A DNA stretch of 61,708 nt, filler included, from Sphacelaria rigidula (lineage: Eukaryota), in NCBI GenBank assembly GCA_964200075.2. It is 9 parts of 9 records of this genome, joined end to end, with 100 filler letters (N's around TTAATTAATTAA, not from the genome) between each part and the next. Parts side by side here need not be neighbours in the genome. Positions count along the whole stretch, not along the records: positions 6,869 to 13,636 come from CAXNAA020018175.1; positions 13,737 to 20,504 come from CAXNAA020018176.1; positions 20,605 to 27,372 come from CAXNAA020018177.1; 6 more parts are not named here. One strand, given 5' to 3'. The notes below the pieces were generated by a model. It was not told where the DNA came from, made no database searches, and worked only from the letters and a program-made list of their open reading frames with translations. Made by a program: the position numbers and the translations under genes. Position 1 is the stretch's first letter. Each line of letters starts with the position of its first letter. This document shows, one piece after another, positions 11,626 through 20,677 of the stretch.

Positions 11626-13636
11626 GCCACTTTTGTCAAGAGAGTTTTTGTTTTTTTGTCGTTGATCGGAGTGAGGCCTCGGTAGCCCCCCCTGCAGAAA
11701 AGGGGGGTGTTTCAAGAGGCAATATGTACGTGCGAATCAAAATGACATTGCCGAGCGCACCGAGTAGCTGGGAAACTCTCGCGTGGGACAACATCCGTCA
11801 ATGCCGTCCCCATGGAGCACTTCATGCAGTCTGAAACCAGCTGCCACGCAATGCACCACAATTTTCTTCGTAATAGTTTTGGGGCTGGTGTGGAGGTCGG
11901 CTTTCGCGGCCTCATGTAGGAGGTATGACATCTCGACTTGAAACGGCTTAGACTTTGGCTTTCACCCTCCTCGTAATATTTCGGTCACTTTGCTCGTATT
12001 GATGGTTTGATGCTTGAAAACAAAAGCACGGAAGTCTGGAAACTTTCGCTGTGCAAACCTGGTCGAGCGAAACAAAACAGCTGCGGACTGGCCCAGGCCG
12101 TACAGCGGTTCAAAACGAGACATGCATATCAACGAATCTCATCGCTGGTCTATTAGGCAGTATCACATTGTATTACAGACCGCTACTCTCGCCTCGCGCA
12201 CGTACGTTCCTGAAGCGCACAAAGTCGCCTTACACAACACCCGGACACCATATTGCAATGTCCCAGCACAAAGACGGTAGCACCGACCCTTTTAATTGCA
12301 AATCCCGCGAAGCATATTCTTGCACCGGCAACAGAAGCTTCGAGCAAAAATCATCATCCGCAAGCGCTAAAAAACCAAGTCTTCACTCAAAAACGCCACG
12401 GCAATTCTACCGAACCAATACAAAATCGCACGAGGGGAGTCCTATAAATGTTACCGTCCGCAGTTCCACATGCTTCATTTCAACCCAATATATTGTCGGC
12501 GGAGTGCCCGGTGACGCTCTCCACGAGGCGATCCACCGACCTGCGATTGATGACCTGGTTCTCGAGCTCATTTATGAGAGTCACCGTGAAAGCGAAGGAA
12601 TTACAGCTCATCGTATTCAAAAAACGCAAAATTGTTTTTTCCTTGGAGTGGTCCGGCTCATGCGGGTTGAGAATGACGCCCACCAATTCGTGACACCTCC
12701 TGATCTCACCGAACAAAGCTCGACACTGCGGGTCGTGATTTGTCTCATGAGGTCCATCTGAGGATAGGTACAGTCCGGTGCACTTTCCGAGAGACGGATG
12801 AGGTTTTCGATGGTGAGGCGAGCGGTTTGATGTTGAAGGCTAGACCGTAGCCTTGAGACAATCCCTCCTCACTCGCACTTTCTCCAGGATTGCAGCCGGA
12901 TTGCGAAACCTGCAAGCACTTCACAGCATGGAAAGGGGTCCCAAACCCTGCCGCACCAAGTAGAATACGCATTGCAGGAATGATCACGGGCACATAGAGC
13001 AATTTTGAGCAAAATGATATCAGATGATGTAGCGGAGGAGACGCTTTTGAATAGCAGACCACTACCTTATGCATCGTCACGAAACAGCAAAAGCACACTC
13101 CGCGACAAAATCTTCGCAATGATTGATTCAATAAAAAAGAGACGACGACAACATGCAATGCCCTCACCCACTTTCTCATTCATGCGGTCATGGGAGGGTC
13201 GTAGTTCGGCAGCGATAAGGTTCACCTTGACTTGCACCAAATACGCGATAAAGCTGGGCCCATGCGCAACGTAAATAAACCACAGTGGCTGCTTGGCTCG
13301 CGATATTCGAGTAGTGCTCCATCTCCTCCACAGTTCACCCCTTGGCATTTCACGCTCGGCTACGTCGGGGACCAGCAGCTCAACAGAGAAGCCGTGCAAG
13401 CGGGGCATAACCGGTGCTCCCGTTATGTTCGTCGCACCAGCGGCTGTCACCAACACTTTGATGAGGAACGGTTACATGTTTATGTACATCGCGCCAGTGA
13501 CGAGTCTCCCTGTCGTCCATGTTAGAAAATGAGGCTGTGGAGCCATGCTCTTCAACGCCTCGTGTGGTATTGACTTTACATATATATACATGTAGTGTTG
13601 GGATCGCAGGCACCGGTCACGAAGGTTTGGTCTGAT

Positions 13637-13736
13637 NNNNNNNNNNNNNNNNNNNNNNNNNNNNNNNNNNNNNNNNNNNNTTAATTAATTAANNNNNNNN
13701 NNNNNNNNNNNNNNNNNNNNNNNNNNNNNNNNNNNN
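13637..13736. other. Artificial contig-joining linker
   Basis: N44-TTAATTAATTAA-N44. Confidence 0.98.
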
Positions 13737-13754
13737 AATGACTCACTTAAAGGG

Positions 13755-13811
13755 GATGATCAAAGCCACTCTCAATCGTATCATCTACTCTCAATCTCAC
13801 GAAAACACTGT
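13755..13811. mobile_element. Right end of a CAGTGTTTTCGTGAG-TIR MITE (hAT-like terminus)
   Basis: CACTCTCAATCGTATCATCTACTCTCAATCTCACGAAAACACTG matches the TIRs at 34437-34732, 58725-59012 and ~61572-61616. Confidence 0.65.
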
Positions 13812-14051
13812 CCATTCCCAGTGATGGAATATAGACTTGGCATCGGAGGCACTGGATGGGCATCTAGGGTGTCGTACTTGTTACCGCCAGAGGATTGCGA
13901 TCCAATATTCTTTGTGGGGCTGCGCGTTGACCTGTGTGCACGACAAATATGTGCCCAGCCGAAAGCAAGACGAAAATGAGAAAGGAACGATTCTCGTTGT
14001 CCATGTCCGTTCTTTTGGCTACCCAGTATGTCGCATACGAACCGACCATTA

Positions 14052-14275
14052 CCGTAATTGTGCGAGTCATCGCGCACACCCTGAACCGAATTTCAAAGCT
14101 GGATTACTCCACAACAAGAATAGCATCAGGTCTGAAAACGGTGACGCTGGAAAGATCTCGTCGATAGCTATCCGAAAACGCCTCGTTTGGTATTGGCACC
14201 CTCTTCGTCATGGAGTAATCGAGCTTTGAAATTCGGTCCAGGGAGTGGGGTGTGCGATGACTCGCACAATTACGG
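14052..14275. mobile_element. Tc1/mariner-type MITE
   Basis: ~60-bp TIRs beginning CCGTAATTGTGCGAGTCATCGC, flanked by TA at 14050-14051 and 14276-14277. Confidence 0.8.
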
Positions 14276-14424
14276 TACTTCCTCTCGGCAGCCAGACAAC
14301 TCAAAGCTCCTCTACATTAAGCATGCCGTCAATACGGAGGTATACTGAAACCCTGTCACGAAACATTGACGGACTGTGAGGAAACAACTCGAAATTATTT
14401 TTTCGTGTCTACAGCGAAGCAAAG

Positions 14425-15260
14425 GAACCCTCAAACGAAAGGGGGGGGTATTTGACTGCACGAAAAAAGAAGCTCATGGGTGTGTCAGACGACCTGCCAC
14501 ACCGGCGGTGTGTGCTTTTATTTGGTCAAAAACGGTGTCAAGCGGTATTAATGAGCACTACACGAGCTGGGCCAGCAGTAAATCCCGCATTCGCTTTCCA
14601 CACCACAACTTCCCAAGTTTCCCATATCAGCGTGACTTGAGCATATCGCTGTGAACTGCAGACTAGCCTGGAAACACACGGCACCGCCGCTGAGGGAAGG
14701 GAAAAAATGAGAAAAAATGTACTGTATAATATATGACCTTGAGAACGGACGAAAAAAAGAGAATCTAAAGGGATTTGAACTCATGACCTTCACAACTGGA
14801 GTCTCCTGTATCACGTGGATTAAAGGGGCGCAGCCGTGTCACACGAAAAGTGCCATGCGGCGCCCAACTGAGGTATTTTTGGCCGAAACTTCACCAGCAT
14901 GTCCTGGACGCGAGCACCCACAACGTTGTTCGGGCTGCAGCGGTTTGAAACAATTTTTCAAGAGTTATAATATTTACCCTGTTTTTGCTGAAACTTAAAC
15001 TCGCGGTACCTTCCTGGTGATATTTTTTCCCTCTGCACTACCAATAGGGTTGCGCGGGTTGATGATAAAAATATCGTGTCAAAATATCAGAGCCGAACTC
15101 TTCGAACTACGAATCGCATCATCATTCTTCATTCAAAAATCACTGTCAGCTGGCCCAGATCGTTCGAACAACCGTTGCTGCTTTCAACAACGATTTGACT
15201 TGGAATTTCGTGCAAGAAGTGACCCGAAATACCGCCCCCCTTCCTATCAAAAGATGACTC
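14425..15260. mobile_element. Long copy of GAG(T/G)CATCCTACGATAG(G)n-TIR element
   Basis: Both ends match the two arms of 44659-44906; carries about 600 bp extra internal sequence bounded by the inverted ACGAGCTGGGCCAGC / GCTGGCCCAGATCGT. Confidence 0.7.
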
Positions 15261-15978
15261 GAAACGATTTTTCCATGCCGCTCGACACCTGCCGTCTTGA
15301 CGCTACCACAAATATGGTGAAAATAATTAGAGTTTCAGCAGAAATATCTTGCTTTCTCGGTAAGACAGGTCGTGCTTTATCCGGAAGAAAACAAACATTT
15401 CAATAGCACATTTCCAACTGTGACTCTGCACAGAGCGATCACTGTTGAATCTCCAAATCCCACATAACTAAAAGGGGCGAAAAATATCATTTTTGCAGGA
15501 TGAATCATGCACCGAACGGGCACGAGGCGGGACGCGCAGCCAACAGTATTGTTGCCTTCGACACCATTATACTACACTACAGTACACTACAATCTATTTG
15601 GCCGCATCAATGGGCCCTTCCCGGAGCCCCGCCACCATGTGTTCGGCGATGCAACAGTTGCCACTCAGGTTAAGGCAGAAGAAGGCGGGGCAGACGGAAA
15701 TAGGCCGTTGAGGGCGGAACATGTTGCTTCCAGCTTGCGTTTGGCGCCGCCCTTCTGCGTTTTGATCCACTCACCAGGAACATGGTTTCTTGAACATTGA
15801 AAATGATTTTGGAAAAGTTCACAAGTATTTCTCCGGAAACATATTCCGGAGACCAGAAAGCATACTCGTGATTTTTTGGGAGTGTGGGAGGTATCGTCGC
15901 GGCAAATCACAGGCGACTGTGATTTTGGAATGTGAGTCATTTCGTCCGAGAAAACACGGTCCAATTATTATGTGGTGT

Positions 15979-16240
15979 TTACTCTAGCAGAGCAACGCCT
16001 GCCATAAGCGCGATCCCCAGGCACATTGCAGAGACCTCAGCGGTCGCCTGCAGAAATGACGGCGACCCATTCACGATGTCCGGCATCACGGCAACACACG
16101 ACACGTACACAAAGCCTCCACCAGTGGCCGCCAGCAGCAATTTCTCGAGGCCAGCGTAACTCGTCGCCACCAAGCCAATGGCAGTACCCGCAAACGCTGC
16201 TGTTGCCGTCGCAAACTGTGCCCGAATCGCTTGCCATTTG
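15979..16240 (-). CDS. LIV-1/ZIP7(KE4)-type zinc transporter, terminal exon
   Basis: CAG acceptor at 16241-16243, phase 2 (AG+C=S); KWQAIRAQFATA...LLAATGGGFVYVSCVAVMPDI...ALMAGVALLE, TAA. Confidence 0.92.
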
Positions 16241-16842
16241 CTGGGGAATTGGAACGACAGTCGGGTCCACACACACACACACAAACGACCAACGCCAAGG
16301 AACAGATTTGCGGTTATAGCTGGGAACGGTGCGGAGCAGTAGGGCTCACACAAGCCCCGCGTTGAGGTGGGAGATGGAGTGGGTTTCATCTTCGCGAGCT
16401 TTAAACATTTTACACCTACCAACACCTCCACAAGGGCGGGAGTGGGGCGGTCTTTTTGATCTACAAGAACGTTCTGACGGTCGTAAGCAGGCGAGCAGGT
16501 GACAGAAGTAATGAAACATAGGGCTTGTTTTGTGACGGTAGACGACATAACTGGTGCATTCACTGTGCACTTTCGCAATGATCAGAGAGAGTTTCGAAAC
16601 CATGAGGGAGAAAATGTGGGACGGAGTCTGACAACTCGTAGCTCACAACAAGTGTCGATAGCAGCCACGTACGTTCATCCTGTGAGCAAGTGCACGCGAG
16701 GAAGCACTGGTGAACACAGAACTTGGCTGCTTGCACATCCCTGGCTAAAGCTGACATGGTCATGTGTGCAACGCTAGGGTTTCCGCGTGGAATGGACGTG
16801 CTTCACTGCGGTCCATGGCTTCACTTGCTATCGAGTTCTCAC

Positions 16843-17440
16843 CTCATCCCACTTTGAACCAAAACAGCAAAATCCCCAATCTCATGCGGAAGTTCATGCA
16901 TAAGTGTCGCTAGAGCGGTGCTGTACCCTAGCCCTGTTCCCGTGGCAAATGATGCTCCTATTGCAATTCCGTCGGTAAAGTTGTGCAACGCATCCGCAGC
17001 GAGGTTTAGGATCCCTGCCGCCTTGAGCTTGACGCCGTCATCATTATCATGACGATCATTTTTAGCTGTGCATGTTTCTGTCGTTACGTGATGGTCGTCG
17101 TTTTTCTTTCTTCGAGCCACGTCATCCGCCACCGCTGTTGCTGAGCCTGATTTTTGGTGCGAATGCGAATGATGAGAGTGCCCTCCACTCTCGCCCAGTA
17201 GCCCCCGCACGACGCGCTCACTCATGAAGAATAGCAAAAATCCGGCCAGCACCGTGACCGGTAGCAGCAAGTCCTCAAATCCATGTCTGTGCCCGTGTCC
17301 ATGCCCGTGCCCGTGATGTTCATTGGCGTGTGCCGAAATCAAACTCTCGCTCGTGCGCTCATCGTGGTGGCCTTGGGCGTGGGTGTGTTCGTGATGGCTG
17401 TGTTCGTGATGATGAGTGTGTTCGTGATGATGGCTGTGTT
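16843..17440 (-). CDS. LIV-1/ZIP7(KE4)-type zinc transporter, middle exon
   Basis: CTGAC branch site and CAG acceptor; His-rich loop; [21 protein letters not shown] and [13 protein letters not shown] (LIV-1 HEXPHE motif); GTGAGA donor, phase 2. Confidence 0.95.
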
Positions 17441-18009
17441 CTGTCCACGATACGTAAAAGCGTGTTTACGGGTCAGAATACGCGGGAAACCGAGAGACAC
17501 AGGAAGGCGGGCGCTCTTGATTGTGACTTAAGCTAGCTGTTCTCCATTACCGGAGCTCATTCACCCACTCAATATACCAATTTTTTAATTTTTGAGGACG
17601 AGGCATGTGTGGAGTAATTCGAGCGCATTGAATTTTGTTCCGAAAAATATGTACTACGTATGATGAGCCAACTCGGCTGGACTGGTGCGTTCTGGCCATG
17701 GTCATCACGTTTCACTAGTTCTTTTATGAAATAACACCCTGCACTGGCTGTACCAAAAAGTTTTAGCACAAGGAATATTCTGACTGCTACACGCGCGCCT
17801 ACTCGGTCACGCGAGCAGCGAGCATGCGGAACAACGTGCTGAATTTGAGCCGCCGCCGCCGTCGGAGCCCGAATAACCTACAGCTACTATATTTTGTACT
17901 ACTGTCTGCACTATCGGTTCACGTTCCTCTCGATAGACAACACGAATGATCTCGACGTCTTATTCCTCTCTTTTCTTGGCCTGAGCCCCTAACCCCCCGG
18001 TGTTGTCAC

Positions 18010-18196
18010 CTAAGAGATGTGGCAGTAGATGGAGGAACACGTCCCCGAGCATACCCCCGACGGCGAAACATAGCAAAACGCGGTTCGCCCAGCTCCCGAC
18101 CTTCGTTGCATCGGCGGGGATTAAGGGAAGCACGAGAGTCGGAACGGAGCTGATAAGCGCCGTCGCGAGCATACCATTTCGCCAGGCATGTTCCAT
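18010..18196 (-). CDS. LIV-1/ZIP7(KE4)-type zinc transporter, first coding exon
   Basis: MEHAWRNGMLATALISSVP...LLCFAVGGMLGDVFLHLLPH; phase-1 donor matches exon 2. The three exons total 1047 nt (348 aa + stop). An upstream exon cannot be excluded (possible acceptor at 18205-18206). Confidence 0.88.
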
Positions 18197-18445
18197 ATAT
18201 TTCTCTACGAAAGATGACACACAACCGCGCCGAGGTGCTCGTACGGTGCGGTGTGGTGCGGTGGGAACTCTCAACTTGCATTGCCATGGGACCTTTATCT
18301 AAAATCATTTTATGTTATGTTCCAAAATCGAGCAATTCCCACAAAATGGAATATGACCGATGCAAGGCGAAGTGAACGAAAAACAGCACCTTTGCAGCAG
18401 GAATACACTCACCAGCTCGACGTGCTCTACAAAGCAGTCGACACG
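18197..18445. promoter_or_regulatory. Putative bidirectional promoter and 5' UTRs between two divergent ZIP genes
   Basis: 249 bp between opposed ATGs (18196 minus, 18446 plus), with an AT-rich core at ~18295-18355. Confidence 0.6.
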
Positions 18446-18710
18446 ATGGGTATCCGTCTTATGAGGCTGGCCACTCTGTGGCTAGTAGCTTCTGCCGAAG
18501 CGTTTCGCGTGCATGGCGCTGCGGTGTATGCCGCAAAGGGCGTGCAGGGCGGTGGCAGTAGCAGTGGCGCGACCGCAGCAGGCCACAAGAGGGGCAGGCC
18601 CAGCAAGCAGATCAAAGAGACTTCGGGGGGCGGCGCAGGGAACGGCGTGTGCGAAGCGGGGGACTCGCCAGAAACTTGCCGGGCTCTGGCGCAGAAGTAT
18701 AGGGGAGGGG
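18446..18710 (+). CDS. ZIP (Zrt/Irt-like) metal transporter, exon 1 with signal/transit-like leader
   Basis: MGIRLMRLATLWLVASAEA-FRVH...KYRGG; GTGAGA donor at 18711, phase 1, in frame with exon 2. Confidence 0.7.
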
Positions 18711-19399
18711 GTGAGATTTGTTAATCTTGTTGCCAACCGTGTTGTTCATGTGAGGATGTGCGAATGCCTTACGAGGTGTTGCTCAAGATGTCAGCAAACA
18801 GTCAACAGTATCATTCGTGCGTGCGACGTGAGGCTTCATGTTGGTGAACCACGACAGTACAGCAAGTTCAGACAACAGTAGTAGAACACAGACCTGTCCT
18901 ATCTGTGAAAATGACCAATTATTTTGCAACATATCGCCGCCGAGGGTGGTTCGCCTCGATTCCCACTTCAGGATCAAACACAGGTGGGGCTGCTGCGATA
19001 TCTTCTTGAACTACTCAAATCATGCGCGCAAACACTTCTCAGTCAAGTGTGGTCTGATCTCGGATGATTTTACGATAATGTTCTCTACTACTGTCCGCAA
19101 AGTACATTTTTAGTATAATAGTGATGGTACTCGCACCAGGTCTGAGAGCACCCAGGGCACACGCCGCAATGTCTCGGTCGGGCGGTTGGCAACGGGTAAG
19201 TTTTACTTCGTTTGGAACAAACTGCCGACTGGAGTGCTGAACAGTCGAAACGGGTCATACGTTACAGAAATTCAGCATGTGTGTGCTCACGCGCCCGCCC
19301 GCGTTTGGACTACTCTCTGTTCGGTGTGCATGCCTTCGATAGCCGCCTCATTTTGTCACGTGTATATCTGCCCGATATCCTTTCTACTGCTTGTTCCAG

Positions 19400-19585
19400 C
19401 CACGACGACAGGAACGGAGAAGCTAAGCTTGAACATGATCAAGATCCTGCTGCAGGTCTGCCTCACCACCCTCAACGTCGTCTGCTGGTTTGTGCCCATG
19501 AAAATACGGCGCTTCGTCGAGTCCGAGAGAGCCATCAGCATGGCTAACGCCTTCAGCGGCGGCGTTTTTCTGTCGCTGGCGTTCG
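19400..19585 (+). CDS. ZIP (Zrt/Irt-like) metal transporter, exon 2; gene continues off the contig
   Basis: Pyrimidine tract and CAG acceptor; MIKILLQVCLTTLNVVCWFVP (TM1) and SMANAFSGGVFLSLAF (ZIP TM2 motif); GTGAGA donor. Confidence 0.88.
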
Positions 19586-19979
19586 GTGAGACAACAGAGC
19601 ACATATGAAGGATTTATGTGTGGAAAGGTCGTCTGGTAGACCTTAGAAGGGCGACTTGAGAAAGATGTTGAGCGCTGCCCAGTCAGTGTACCGAGCAAAT
19701 CTATGCACTAGAGCGTATCTCCACTAGAGGATATCTATGTATATTAACAGCCCTGCGCCAGAAAAAAAGAAGTTTCGGAACAGAATCTTAGCTCTTCTCG
19801 TCCCCTTGCGCACTGTTGCAACGCCCCACCTTAGATCCAGACGCATGTGCTTGTTGATTGCGGTTTACATGATATGTGACCGAAGTATCAGCGACGACAG
19901 CGCGCGCACGACCGTGCCTCCCGTGCTGAGCATTTGGCGATGCGGGAATGACTTTTATACGGATTGTCATTATCCAGAG

Positions 19980-20100
19980 GGTGTTGTCGTCCCACCTATT
20001 CTGGGCGCCGGTCCACACCTTTCGGTGTATGTGGGCGCACCACCCGGGGTCACACAAGAGGAATATCAACACAGGAGCATTCTCTTTTTTATTTGTTTTC
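19980..20100 (-). mobile_element. Non-LTR retroposon 3'-end remnant (second tail family)
   Basis: Reverse-complement match to 27473-27540 (caccgaaaggtgt...cccagaataRRtgggacgacaacac). Confidence 0.55.
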
Positions 20101-20504
20101 AGTACCCCCACCTTACTTTTGCGGTGCTTGCCTTTTTATTTTTTATCGGGAGAGGAGTTTAGACCCACTTTTATGGCAAGCACGAATCTTGATTTTTTCA
20201 AATCGGGGAACGCACTTTATGGACACGGATTTGGACCAAGTCGGGGCCGAAAAAATCGGGGGAGCCACGATCTCGGAATGGTTTTCCCCGATTTTTCGAA
20301 AAAAAGGGGGGAAATCGTTCCGAAAGCATGACTCCCCCGATATTTTTGAGGTGACGTACGTGCATTGACGTACCCTCCCAGAGTACGAGGCGTTTGGTAT
20401 TTTTGCAACGGCGGCAGAAGACAGTCTCGTGATAGCTCAGGGCGTGCGTACTGCCGCCCCAGGTGCTGAAGCAACTTTGCACGGGGTTTGACGAGCGGAT
20501 AATA

Positions 20505-20604
20505 NNNNNNNNNNNNNNNNNNNNNNNNNNNNNNNNNNNNNNNNNNNNTTAATTAATTAANNNNNNNNNNNNNNNNNNNNNNNNNNNNNNNNNNNNNNNN
20601 NNNN
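20505..20604. other. Artificial contig-joining linker
   Basis: N44-TTAATTAATTAA-N44. Confidence 0.98.
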
Positions 20605-20677
20605 CCCAATACATCGGGAATCGAACCCCGTTCTCTCCACCCTAATGGCGAAATTCGGACCATTACACCACCGGGGC
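20605..20677 (-). mobile_element. tRNA-derived SINE head or tRNA pseudogene, truncated by contig end
   Basis: Minus strand GCCCCGGTGGTGTAATGG...GGGGTTCGATTCCCG has A and B boxes at tRNA spacing, but the acceptor stem does not close. Confidence 0.65.

Noticed and set aside
18435..18445. Plant zinc-deficiency element (RTGTCGACAY)
   Set aside because: Only GTCGACAC matches, it abuts the ATG, and that element is defined for land plants.
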